DNA from: an uncultured Actinomycetes bacterium
GTDB taxonomy: Bacteria > Actinomycetota > UBA4738 > JBBDTT01
Assembly: GCA_963742735.1 (NCBI GenBank)
Contig: CAVUMN010000004.1
Coordinates: 896,001-960,000, forward strand
Direction of reading: 5' to 3'
DNA length: 64,000 nucleotides
The notes beneath the pieces are model-generated. The model did no database searches and was not told where the DNA came from. It was given only the letters and a program-made list of their open reading frames with translations. Shown here one piece after another: positions 1-8,774 of this stretch. Within the stretch, counting starts at the first letter, position 1, and each line of letters starts with the position of its first letter. Position numbers and translations under genes: made by a program.

Positions 1-1
1 G

Positions 2-550
2 GTGCTGCCGCCGGTGAAGCACCGGATCGTGGGCGAGGACGGCAAGGACGTGGCCCGGGGCGAGGCGGGCGAGCTGTGGGTGCGGGGTCCGAACGTCACG
101 AAGGGCTACTGGAACGACCCGGTCGCGACCGAGCAGGCCATCCGCGGCCCGTGGTTCCGGACCGGCGACGTCGTGCGGCAGGGCAAGTGGCGGATGCTCT
201 ACTTCGTCGACCGGCAGAAGGACGTCATCAAATCCGGCGGCTACAAGATCTCCGCCGCCGAGATCGACCAGGCCCTGTGCCAGCACCCCGACGTGGAGCA
301 CGCCGCCACCGTGGGTATCCCCGACGCGGTGAAGGGCGAGCGCCCGATGGCCGCGGTGGTCCTGGCGCCGGGCGGGCAGGCGACGGGGGAGGAGATCCTG
401 GAGTGGGCCCGCGAGCGCCTCGCCGCCTACAAGTGCCCCCGGCGGATCTTCGTGATGCCGGACCTGCCGTTCACCTTCAGCATCAAGCCCAAGCACCACG
501 AGGTCCGCGAGCGGATCCTCGCCCTGCTGGACGCCGAAGCCGCTCGGTGA
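2..550 (+). CDS. Acyl-CoA synthetase (AMP-binding), C-terminal part, truncated by window edge
   Basis: GELWVRGPNV, WFRTGD, VDRQKDVIKSGG, LAAYKCPR motifs. Confidence 0.9.
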   Translation: MLPPVKHRIVGEDGKDVARGEAGELWVRGPNVTKGYWNDPVATEQAIRGPWFRTGDVVRQGKWRMLYFVDRQKDVIKSGGYKISAAEIDQALCQHPDVEHAATVGIPDAVKGERPMAAVVLAPGGQATGEEILEWARERLAAYKCPRRIFVMPDLPFTFSIKPKHHEVRERILALLDAEAAR

Positions 551-1164
551 CGCTCGAGCTGCCGCGCGGGTCCACGGGGATGCTCGTGATCGAGCTCCAG
601 AACGACCTGGTGCACGCCTCGCTCACCGAGCGCCGAGGGCTGGCCGGGGCCCTGGCCCGGGCCGTCCGCGATCGGGGAGTGCTTCCCCGGCTGGCCGGCC
701 TGCTCGACGCGTGCCGCGCTGCCGACGTTCCGGTCCTGTACGCGATCAAGGAACGGGAGCCGGGCCGGGAGCAGCCCGACACCGCGCCGATCTACCGGAT
801 GTCGGGGGAGGAGCCGATCCTGGTCACGGGGACGTGGGGCGCCCAGGTCGTGGACGAGGTCGCGCCCCGCGACGGCGACGTGGTCCTGCCGCGACTCGAG
901 TCGATCGACCCCTCCCACGGCTCGGACCTGTGGCCCACGGCCGACCGGCTGGGGTTGACCACCCTGGTGATGGCGGGGATCTCGACGACGCTGGCGGTCG
1001 AGGGGGCCGTTCGCGGGGCGGCCAATCGTGGACTGCGCGCCGTCGTCGTCGAGGACTGCTGCGCGAGCGTCCCCGAGGAATGGCACCGGTTCTCCGCCGA
1101 CAACGTCCTGCCGCTCCTGGCCGACGTCGTCTCCGCCGAGGACGTGATCGGAGCCCTGGCGTGA
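547..1164 (+). CDS. Isochorismatase/cysteine hydrolase family protein
   Basis: GTG overlapping upstream TGA; LVIELQND, GTWGAQVVDEVAP, AGISTTLAVE, VVEDCCAS. Confidence 0.85.
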   Translation: MTLELPRGSTGMLVIELQNDLVHASLTERRGLAGALARAVRDRGVLPRLAGLLDACRAADVPVLYAIKEREPGREQPDTAPIYRMSGEEPILVTGTWGAQVVDEVAPRDGDVVLPRLESIDPSHGSDLWPTADRLGLTTLVMAGISTTLAVEGAVRGAANRGLRAVVVEDCCASVPEEWHRFSADNVLPLLADVVSAEDVIGALA

Positions 1165-2033
1165 CGAGGTTCGTGGTCAGCCTGCCGATCCGCCGGGGGG
1201 ACGAGGGCTTCGAGGATCCCTCGACGCTGGCGGAGCTGGTCGGTGCGGCCGAGGCGGCGGGGTTCTGGGGGGTGACCGCCCCGGACCACGTGGTGGCGCC
1301 GGACGCCTGGGCCGCGGCGGGCGGCGGCGAACGGTGGTTCGACCCGTTCGTGCTGTTGGGGTTCCTCGCGGCACGGACGTCCTCGATCCGCCTGATCACC
1401 CACATCATCGTGCTGCCGTACCGGAGCCCCTTCTCCGTGGCCAAGGCGGTGGCGTCGCTCGACCGCCTCTCCGGCGGACGCGCCGTTTTCGGCGCGGGGG
1501 CGGGATACCTGAAAGAAGAGTTCGAGATTCTCGGCGTGCCGTTCGAGGACCGCGGCGCCCGCACCGACGAGTATCTGCGCGCGATCGAGGTCTGCTGGAC
1601 GCAGGAGCGGCCGGAGTTCTCCGGGGAGTTCGCGTCGATCCACCGGGCGGCCCTGGACCCGAAGCCCGTCCAGACCCCGCGACCCCCGATCTGGATCGGC
1701 GGCAACAGCCTGCGGGCGGTGCGCCGGACGGTGGAGCTGGGGGACTGCTGGACGCCGTTCGTCGCCGAGCCGGAGGACGTGCGGGCCGGGCTGGCCCACG
1801 CCGAGGGCCTCGGACGGCGGGTGGAGGCCGCGGCGCCGCTCGGCCGGGTGCAGGCGGAGGCGCCCGAGCGCGATGGAGGCGTCTGGGGCGACGCCGTCTC
1901 GCCCCGCGTTCGCGAGTACCTCGATGCCGGCGCCGGCTACGTGAAGGCCGGGTTCGGCGGGCGGGATCCCGGCGCGTGGCTTGCCAACCTGCGGTGGTTC
2001 GCCGCGGAGGTCATGCCGGCGTTTCGGGGATGA
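1161..2033 (+). CDS. LLM-class (probably F420-dependent) oxidoreductase
   Basis: GTGA overlap; PDHVVAP, DPFVLLGFLAART, LDRLSGGR, PKPVQTPRPPIWIGGNS. Confidence 0.9.
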   Translation: MTRFVVSLPIRRGDEGFEDPSTLAELVGAAEAAGFWGVTAPDHVVAPDAWAAAGGGERWFDPFVLLGFLAARTSSIRLITHIIVLPYRSPFSVAKAVASLDRLSGGRAVFGAGAGYLKEEFEILGVPFEDRGARTDEYLRAIEVCWTQERPEFSGEFASIHRAALDPKPVQTPRPPIWIGGNSLRAVRRTVELGDCWTPFVAEPEDVRAGLAHAEGLGRRVEAAAPLGRVQAEAPERDGGVWGDAVSPRVREYLDAGAGYVKAGFGGRDPGAWLANLRWFAAEVMPAFRG

Positions 2034-2892
2034 ACCGGTCGACGTCCTCGGACAGGAACCCGCGCCGCTCCCCGGGAGTGCGCCACGCCGCGCGGACGCG
2101 CATGCCGATCCGAGCCTCGCTCGCGGGGACGCCGACCAGGTGGAGGAACGACGAGTCGGCGCCGTCGAGCTTCACGTGCCCGAGGACATAGGGGATCTCC
2201 ACCTCCTGTCCGGGGAAGGGGACGTTCACCACGACGTAGGTCTCGACGACCCCCTCGTCGGCGACGCGCTCCCAGCCCTCCGTGCGCTCCCAGCACCGGG
2301 GGCACGTCGGCCGCGGCGGCACGTAGACGCTTCGGCAGACCGGGCAGCGCACGCCGTGGATCTCGCCGGCGCGGAGCCCCTCGGCGAACCGGGTGAGCAG
2401 CCGTCCCGCCGAGAACCGGAACGGGAGCCGGAGGTCGGTGCGGATCGCCTCGACGGGCTCGCCGGCGGGCGGCCGCTCGGCGAGGACGCCGTCCGCGAGG
2501 ACGAACCGGTCGAGGTCCAGGATCGAGCCCGTCGGCGCGTCCGCCCACGCCGGGCGAACCCGCATCCCGCGGGCCAGGCCGGGGTCGCCCCGATGGATGA
2601 GGTCGGTGCCCGCGCCGTCGAGGCGCACGGCGACGAACGCGTGGAGACCGTCGACGACGGTGATCCCGGTGACGGTCCCTTCCGGCCCCACCTCGACCCA
2701 GTCGGCCAGACCGGATCCGCACGTCTCGCAGTGGTCGTTCGCGGGGATGACCACGCGGTCGCAGGACGGGCATCGCCGTCCCCAGATCACTCGGTCGCGC
2801 AGTCCGGCCAGGAACCGTCCCAGGGCGGGCCCGGTCGAGTGCCGGTACGGGAACGCGACCTCGAAGTCGACCCGGAGCGGCTCGGAGCTCAT
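2011..2892 (-). CDS. Tandem Zn-ribbon/OB-fold (double DUF35) protein, Rv3521-like
   Basis: Two CxxC...CxxC ribbons (CPSC..CETC; CPVC..CPRC), each followed by an OB-fold; ATG overlaps upstream stop. Confidence 0.85.
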   Translation of the reverse strand: MSSEPLRVDFEVAFPYRHSTGPALGRFLAGLRDRVIWGRRCPSCDRVVIPANDHCETCGSGLADWVEVGPEGTVTGITVVDGLHAFVAVRLDGAGTDLIHRGDPGLARGMRVRPAWADAPTGSILDLDRFVLADGVLAERPPAGEPVEAIRTDLRLPFRFSAGRLLTRFAEGLRAGEIHGVRCPVCRSVYVPPRPTCPRCWERTEGWERVADEGVVETYVVVNVPFPGQEVEIPYVLGHVKLDGADSSFLHLVGVPASEARIGMRVRAAWRTPGERRGFLSEDVDRFIPETPA

Positions 2893-4037
2893 GGCGCCTC
2901 CGATCCGAACGCCATCATCGCGAAGTAGTTCGAGGCGCCGCCGTAGGCGTGGCCGACGGCGAGCCGCGCCCCGTCGACCTGGCGGTCGCCGGCCCGGCCG
3001 CGGACCTGCTCGACCGCCTCGACCATCCGGAGCATCCCGGACGCCCCGATCGGGTTCGTGGACAGGACGCCGCCGCTCGGGTTCACCGGGAGGTCTCCGC
3101 CGAGCTCGGTGACGCCCTCGTCGAGGAGCCGCCACCCGTCGCCGGGCTCGCAGAACCCGAGGTTCTCGTACCACATGACCTCGATCCAGCTGAACGGCTC
3201 GTAGATCTCGGCGACGTCGAGGTCGCGGCGAGGATCGGTCACCCCGGCCTGCGCGTAGACGGCCTTCGCGCACGTCCTCCCGGCCGCAGGATCGAGCGCG
3301 TCGCGTCCGGGGAACCCCGCGGCCTCGGCCATCGCCGCCGCCCCCCGCACCCACGCGACGCTCGGACGTCCGGCCGCCGCGGCCTCGGTCCCGAACACCA
3401 TCGCCGCGGCCCCGTCCGAGGTCGGGCAGCTCTCGAGCCGCCGGATCGGGTCCCACAGCATGGGCGAGGCCGTGACCTCCTCGAGGGTGACGGGCTCGTG
3501 CAGATGGGCGAAGGGGTTGCGCGCGGCATTGCCTCGAGCCTTCACGGCGACCCGCGGTCCGATCTCCTGCGGCGCGCCGGACCGGTCGATGTACTGGCGG
3601 CAGTACGGGGCGAAGAACGCGCCGGCCCCGGCGCCGAACGCCCGGCCGAACGGATTGCGAGGGGACAGGCCCCACAGCGCGTCGCCCTCGGAGTGCTTCT
3701 CGAAGGCGACGGCCAGGATGCGATCGAAGAGCCCGGATCCGACGTGCGTCGCGGCGGACACGGCGGTCGAGCCCCCCACGCTCCCCGCGGTGTGGATTCG
3801 CAGCACCGGCTTGCCCACCGTGCCCACCGCGCCGGCCAGCCACTGCTCGGGCTGGGTCACGCCCTCGAAGAAGTCGGGGGCCGTCCCCACGACGACCGCG
3901 TCCACGTCGGCGTGCGTGAGGGATGCGTCCCCCAGGGCCCGGTCCACCGCCTCCCGGACGAGCCCGGACAGGCTCACGTCCGTCCGTGCCTTCGCGTGGT
4001 GGGTCTGCCCCACGCCGAGGACGGCGACTCGGTTCAC
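2889..4037 (-). CDS. ltp3: SCP2-thiolase-fold protein, Ltp3-like aldolase subunit
   Basis: VAVLGVGQT, RIHTAGSVGGST, CPTSDGAAA, AEIYEPFSW, NPSGGVLSTNPIGASG. Confidence 0.8.
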   Translation of the reverse strand: MNRVAVLGVGQTHHAKARTDVSLSGLVREAVDRALGDASLTHADVDAVVVGTAPDFFEGVTQPEQWLAGAVGTVGKPVLRIHTAGSVGGSTAVSAATHVGSGLFDRILAVAFEKHSEGDALWGLSPRNPFGRAFGAGAGAFFAPYCRQYIDRSGAPQEIGPRVAVKARGNAARNPFAHLHEPVTLEEVTASPMLWDPIRRLESCPTSDGAAAMVFGTEAAAAGRPSVAWVRGAAAMAEAAGFPGRDALDPAAGRTCAKAVYAQAGVTDPRRDLDVAEIYEPFSWIEVMWYENLGFCEPGDGWRLLDEGVTELGGDLPVNPSGGVLSTNPIGASGMLRMVEAVEQVRGRAGDRQVDGARLAVGHAYGGASNYFAMMAFGSEAP

Positions 4038-5050
4038 CGTCGGTCTCCCTCAAGCAGCCAGACCATCGACTGTTGGAGCGCGTGGCCGGCGGACGTGTGC
4101 GCCAGCCCACGGGAACCCGGGTGCTCCATCACCCGGCGGGCGGCCTCGGCGAGCCGGATGAGTCCGGTCGCGATCACCGGATCGGCCGCGAGCGGGCCGC
4201 CGGAGGGGTTCACATCCACGGCCCTTGCCGTGAGCCCGAGGGCCTCGAGGAGCAGCGGTTCCTGGTGGGCGAACGACGCGCCGACCTCGGCGACCTCGAC
4301 GTCCTCCCAGCCGGCAAGCTGCCGCGCCCGTGCGGCCGCGACCTCGGTGGCAGGAGAGCGGGACAGGTCGCGGTGGCCGAGGGCGCCGGACTCGGTGCGG
4401 TGGTCGGCGCCGGCGATCCACGCGCGAGGACGGTCGGACGGACCGGCCTCCTCCGCGGCCAGGACGATCGCGCAGGCCCCGTCGGCCGCTCTGGGGCAGT
4501 GGCGCACCCACAACGGCGACGCGACCGGCCGGTCGTCGTCGACCGCTGCCGCACCCGAGCGCTCCACGACCGCGTCCAGGTCCTCGAGCGTCGTTCCCGT
4601 CCGGGCCAGGAAGGCGTCCGCCTGCAGGGCGGCGGTGGTCACGTGGTCGAGCCCGAGCGGGGCCAGGACGAACGGGTCGAGCTGGCTGTTCGTGATGTCG
4701 CGGAGCGAGCTCTCGGAGGTCTTGCCCCACGCGACGACGAGCGCGCTGTCGGCCTCGCCCGACAGGATCTTCAGCCACGCGTAGTAGGCGGCCCACGCGC
4801 CGTCCATCTCGACGTGCGACTCGTTGACGGCCGGCCAGGTCCCGAGCGCCTCGAGCCCCTGGACGAAGTTGAACGAGCGGCCCTCGAGCATGTCGCTCGA
4901 CGCGGAGACCGTGAAGCCGATCTCGCGGCGGTCGAGCCCGCTCGCCTCGACGGCCGCCCGGCTGACCTCGAACGCCAGCTCCGGCGTCCCGGTCTCCGGG
5001 TCCGGCGCCAGGCCGCTCCGGGCCACGGCCAGAACCCCCACCCGCCGCAC
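4034..5050 (-). CDS. ltp4: Thiolase-fold protein, Ltp4-like partner subunit
   Basis: ESHVEMDGAWAAYYAW, VNPSGGPLAADP, LAHTSAGHALQQ; adjacent to Ltp3-like gene. Confidence 0.75.
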   Translation of the reverse strand: MRRVGVLAVARSGLAPDPETGTPELAFEVSRAAVEASGLDRREIGFTVSASSDMLEGRSFNFVQGLEALGTWPAVNESHVEMDGAWAAYYAWLKILSGEADSALVVAWGKTSESSLRDITNSQLDPFVLAPLGLDHVTTAALQADAFLARTGTTLEDLDAVVERSGAAAVDDDRPVASPLWVRHCPRAADGACAIVLAAEEAGPSDRPRAWIAGADHRTESGALGHRDLSRSPATEVAAARARQLAGWEDVEVAEVGASFAHQEPLLLEALGLTARAVDVNPSGGPLAADPVIATGLIRLAEAARRVMEHPGSRGLAHTSAGHALQQSMVWLLEGDRR

Positions 5051-5056
5051 GACGCG

Positions 5057-6508
5057 TCAGATCCTCCGCTCGCGGCCGGCCCAGTACGGCTCGCGGAGCT
5101 CACGCTTCTGGAGCTTCCCGTTCGGATCGCGGGGAAGGGCCTCGACCAGGTCGACCGACCGGGGGCACTTGTAGTGGGCCAGGCGTTCCCGGGCGAAGGC
5201 GATCAGCTCGCCGGGGTCGAGCTCGCCCCACGGCTGCACGATCGCCTTCACCGACTCGCCCCACTCGTCGTCGGGCACGCCGATGACCGCGACGTCGGCC
5301 ACGGCGGGGTGTCCGAACAGGACGGCCTCGACCTCCGCCGGATAGACGTTCGCCCCGCCGGAGATGATCAGGTCCTGCTTGCGGTCGGTGAGGTACAGGT
5401 ACCCGTCGGCGTCCAGGAAGCCCATGTCGCCGACGGTGTACAGGCCGCCCCGCCACGTCTCCGCGGTCTTCTCCGGCGCACCGGCGTACTCGAATCGCGC
5501 GCCGCCCATGGGGGAGATGTAGACCAGGCCGACCTCTCCCGGCTCCAGCTCGCGCCCGTCCTCGCCCAGGACCTTCACCGTCAGGCCCTGCGCGGCGCGC
5601 CCGACGCTCCCCGGCTTCTCCAGCCACTCCTCCGAGGAGATCACCGTCGCCAGGCCCTCGGTCGCGCCGTAGTACTCCCAGACCGTGCCGGGAGGGAACA
5701 GTTCGAGGACCCGGCGCTTCACGTCCACGGGACAGGGCGCCGCGGCGTGCAGGACCCGGCGGATCGAGGAGAGGTCGTACCGGGCGAGGACGTCGTCGCC
5801 CAGCGCCAGGATCCGGATGAAGTTGATGGGCACCATGTGGGTCCAGGTGACGCCCTCGTCCTGGATGAGGCGCAGGCACTCCTCGGCGTCGAACCCGTCC
5901 ATGAGCACCACCCGCTGCCCGAGCAGGACCGCGTAGTGGGCGTAGGCGCACGGGGCCGTGTGGTACAGCGGCCCGCACGCCAGGTGGACGCCATCGGGAT
6001 CGTCGACGCCCCACGAGGCGGCGTAGTCCCTCGATCCCTGCGCGCGGGCGGCCGGGTCCGGGTTGACCGGGCGATCCACTCGCTTGGGCCGGCCCGTCGT
6101 GCCCGACGTGTAGTACTGGAACTCGGGGTACGGCGGGTCGGCCCACTCCGCCGAGGGGGAGGGGTCCTCCGCGGCCAGCGCGGCCTCCCAGCCCGCCCCC
6201 GCCCTCAGCACCGGTACGCCGGTGCCCGGCTCGGGGCCCTCGGGCTCGGCGACCAGAACGCCCGAGCGGGAGTCCTCGACCAGATAGGCGACCTCGCCGG
6301 CCTTGGAGCGCCACGGAACCGTCACCACGGGCGCCCGCAGGCGGCCGGCCGCCGCGGTTGCCTCGAGGAACTCCGGCCGGTTGCGCAGGGCCACCGCCAC
6401 CCGCGTCCCCGGCCCCACGCCGACGCGCGCGAGGGCGCGCGCCGCGCGGTTCGCGCGCTCCGCGAACGCCTCCGTGCCAAGCCGGCGTCCCTCCGCCACG
6501 ACCTCCAC
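5057..6508 (-). CDS. Acyl-CoA synthetase
   Basis: YTSGTTGRPK, GPLYHTAP, EYYGATEG, TDRKQDLIISGG, NGKLQK. Confidence 0.93.
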   Translation of the reverse strand: MEVVAEGRRLGTEAFAERANRAARALARVGVGPGTRVAVALRNRPEFLEATAAAGRLRAPVVTVPWRSKAGEVAYLVEDSRSGVLVAEPEGPEPGTGVPVLRAGAGWEAALAAEDPSPSAEWADPPYPEFQYYTSGTTGRPKRVDRPVNPDPAARAQGSRDYAASWGVDDPDGVHLACGPLYHTAPCAYAHYAVLLGQRVVLMDGFDAEECLRLIQDEGVTWTHMVPINFIRILALGDDVLARYDLSSIRRVLHAAAPCPVDVKRRVLELFPPGTVWEYYGATEGLATVISSEEWLEKPGSVGRAAQGLTVKVLGEDGRELEPGEVGLVYISPMGGARFEYAGAPEKTAETWRGGLYTVGDMGFLDADGYLYLTDRKQDLIISGGANVYPAEVEAVLFGHPAVADVAVIGVPDDEWGESVKAIVQPWGELDPGELIAFARERLAHYKCPRSVDLVEALPRDPNGKLQKRELREPYWAGRERRI

Positions 6509-6544
6509 GGGCGCATCTTGACCGCTCCAGCGGACCGCGCGTAG

Positions 6545-6562
6545 ACTGACGTCAGCGTCAGT
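6545..6562. promoter_or_regulatory. Inverted repeat ACTGACG-TCAG-CGTCAGT between divergent genes (candidate operator)
   Basis: 7-bp perfect arms; also contains the palindrome CTGACGTCAG (6546-6555). Confidence 0.55.
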
Positions 6563-6587
6563 TCCCCGTTACCCGGAGGTGCATCTC

Positions 6588-7310
6588 GTGAGCGCCATCC
6601 CTCTTGAACGCGACTCCAGCCCCGCCCGGACCCGCACGATCGCGCCCGCGCCCAAGGACTGGGGCCGGCTGGTGGCCGAGGGCCGCGCGGCCCGCGCGCA
6701 GGCCGACGGGGGCCGGTGGCGGATCGGCCACCTCGCCGACATGGTCGAGCATCGATACCGCTCGCGGGCCGTCCAGCAGTTCGCGGAGGACATCGGCGAG
6801 TCGTACTCCACCGTCCGCCGCTATCGCTGGGTGGTCACGCGGTACGAGCCCGGCGTCCGCTTCCGGTTCCCCGGGCTCGCCTTCTCGCACTTCCAGGCCG
6901 TCGCCGGGCTGCCCGACCGAATGGCGTGGCTCGAGCGCGCCGAGCTCGGCTGCTGGAGCGTCGACCGGCTGGTCAAGGAGTCCCGGGGCCGCGAGGGGGC
7001 GGGAGCTCCGCAGGTCCCGCGGCTTCACGCCGCACTGAGCGGGGCGGTCCGCTCGCTGGCCGACGTCGAGTCGCTGGACGACAAGCAGCTCGCCCGGGCC
7101 GCCGAGGAGTGGCTCGGGGAGACCCTCGACGAGCTCGAGGAGCGCGTCGAGGCCGTCCGCACGCGGATCGCCGGCGTGTCCAAGCCGAAGACCACGTCGC
7201 TCAACCGCTACAAGGTCACCGGCCGGGCCGCCAAGAAAGGCGCCGCCGCGCAGCCCGCGGCGAACGGCAAGCCGAAGTCGACCCAGAAGCTTCCGGTCAA
7301 CCCCTTCTAG
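6588..7310 (+). CDS. LmbU-like DNA-binding regulator
   Basis: GGAGG RBS at 6575-6579; WRIGHL..YR..IGESYSTVRRYRWV..LAFSHFQAVAGLP..WLERAE..WSVDRL pattern resembles the LmbU family; Lys-rich tail. Confidence 0.6.
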   Translation: MSAIPLERDSSPARTRTIAPAPKDWGRLVAEGRAARAQADGGRWRIGHLADMVEHRYRSRAVQQFAEDIGESYSTVRRYRWVVTRYEPGVRFRFPGLAFSHFQAVAGLPDRMAWLERAELGCWSVDRLVKESRGREGAGAPQVPRLHAALSGAVRSLADVESLDDKQLARAAEEWLGETLDELEERVEAVRTRIAGVSKPKTTSLNRYKVTGRAAKKGAAAQPAANGKPKSTQKLPVNPF

Positions 7311-8761
7311 CCGGCCTCGCCGTCCAGCAGCTCCACGAACCGCTCCGCGAGCATCATCGTGGTCAGGTTCGTGTTCGCCCGCGGACCGTCCGGCATCACG
7401 CTCGCGTCGCACACACGCAGCCCCGCCACGCCGTGCACGCGCAGGTGGGGGTCGAGCACCGGCCCGATCGCGCACGTCCCCACCGGGTGATGGTCGGTGA
7501 GGGCCACCGCGCGCAGCAGCTCGCGGAGCTCGGCCTCGGGTGTCGAGGGGTCGGGGAACGCCACCTGGCCGATGACCGCCTTGAGCGCCGGCTGCCCGTA
7601 GAGCTCGAAGATCAGGCGGACGCCCTGGACGAGGGTGTCGAGGTCCGACGGCTCGTCGAAGTAGTTGAGGGCGATCCGCGGCGCGGCGTCGGGGTCGGCC
7701 GACGCGAGCCGCACCGTGCCGCGCGACCGGGGCTTCGCCCCGAACCCCGCGATGACGAACCCGCCGGGCGGCATCGGCGTGCGCACGGCGTACTCGGTGA
7801 ACGGCCCGAACAGGTGCAGCGCTTCCTCGCCGTCCGGGCCCTCGGTCCGGAGCATGAACCGCAGCAGCAGGTTCGAGTCGATGTCGGCCGGGTCGCGCGC
7901 CACCGCCAGCACGCCGAGCGACGGGTGATCGATCAGGTTGTCCCCGACCGGGAGGTCGGCGAGCGCGTTCACCCCGTGCTCGGTGAGATGCGCCGGCGGG
8001 CCGATCCCGCTGCGCATCAGGATCGCCGGCGAGGCGTACGCGCCGGCGGACAGGATCACCACGTCCGCGGAGAGCTCCTCGCCGCCGGCGATCACCCCCG
8101 TCGCGCGGCCCTCGCGGATCACGACCCGGTCGACGACCGTGTCCGGCCGGAGCTCCAGCGTGTCCCGGCGGCGCGCCTCGCGCAGGTAGGTGACGAGGGT
8201 CGACTGGCGCGCCCCGTCGCGGACGTTCGCCGGCTGCGGGCCGGCCCCGGTCGCACCCGGCGCGTTCTGGTCGGGCTGGTCGGCGTACCCGGCCTCCAGG
8301 CAAGCCTCGAACGCCGCTCGCGTGGCGGGGGCCGCGGCGAGCAGGTTCGGGCGCTCGATCCGGATGGGCCCGCCGCGACCGTGGTACTCGCGGTCCCCGA
8401 ACTCGGCGTCGTCCTCCAGCCGGGACAGCGAGGGCAGGCACGCCTCCCACGACCACTCGGGGATGCCCCACGCGTCCAGGTCGGCGGGCTGTGGCCGCAC
8501 CGCGGCCACCGCGTTCACCGCGCTCGACCCACCGACCACCCGGCCGCGGGGGAGTGGGATTCCCCGATCCTGCGCGAAGTACCCCCAGTCGTACTCGTGG
8601 ACGGGGATCCGCAGGTCGGTCGTCAGCAGCTCGGGCGGCGCGTCGGCGTAGTCCGGGCCGGCCTCCAGGAGCAACACGCGGCGGCCCCGCTCGGTCAGGC
8701 GTGCGGCGACGATCCCGCCGGCCGAGCCGGCGCCGACGACGATCGTGTCCCAGCCGGGCAC
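7307..8761 (-). CDS. GMC family FAD oxidoreductase (choline dehydrogenase-like)
   Basis: IVVGAGSAG, RGRVVGGSSAVN, HHPVGTC, LRVCDASVMP, NTNLTT. Confidence 0.92.
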   Translation of the reverse strand: MPGWDTIVVGAGSAGGIVAARLTERGRRVLLLEAGPDYADAPPELLTTDLRIPVHEYDWGYFAQDRGIPLPRGRVVGGSSAVNAVAAVRPQPADLDAWGIPEWSWEACLPSLSRLEDDAEFGDREYHGRGGPIRIERPNLLAAAPATRAAFEACLEAGYADQPDQNAPGATGAGPQPANVRDGARQSTLVTYLREARRRDTLELRPDTVVDRVVIREGRATGVIAGGEELSADVVILSAGAYASPAILMRSGIGPPAHLTEHGVNALADLPVGDNLIDHPSLGVLAVARDPADIDSNLLLRFMLRTEGPDGEEALHLFGPFTEYAVRTPMPPGGFVIAGFGAKPRSRGTVRLASADPDAAPRIALNYFDEPSDLDTLVQGVRLIFELYGQPALKAVIGQVAFPDPSTPEAELRELLRAVALTDHHPVGTCAIGPVLDPHLRVHGVAGLRVCDASVMPDGPRANTNLTTMMLAERFVELLDGEAG

Positions 8762-8774
8762 TTCGAACCCTGCG

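Noticed and set aside
2011-4110. Long ORF-track extensions here and at 17197-19419, 44154-46625, 50601-52934 and 61443-63731 suggesting fusions
   Set aside because: These are stop-poor alternative frames typical of high GC; the real starts overlap or abut the upstream stops.
3923-6544. Large antisense ORFs (for example 873 aa here, 701 aa at 10431-12536, 730 aa at 18202-20394)
   Set aside because: They mirror well-supported genes on the opposite strand and have no motifs.
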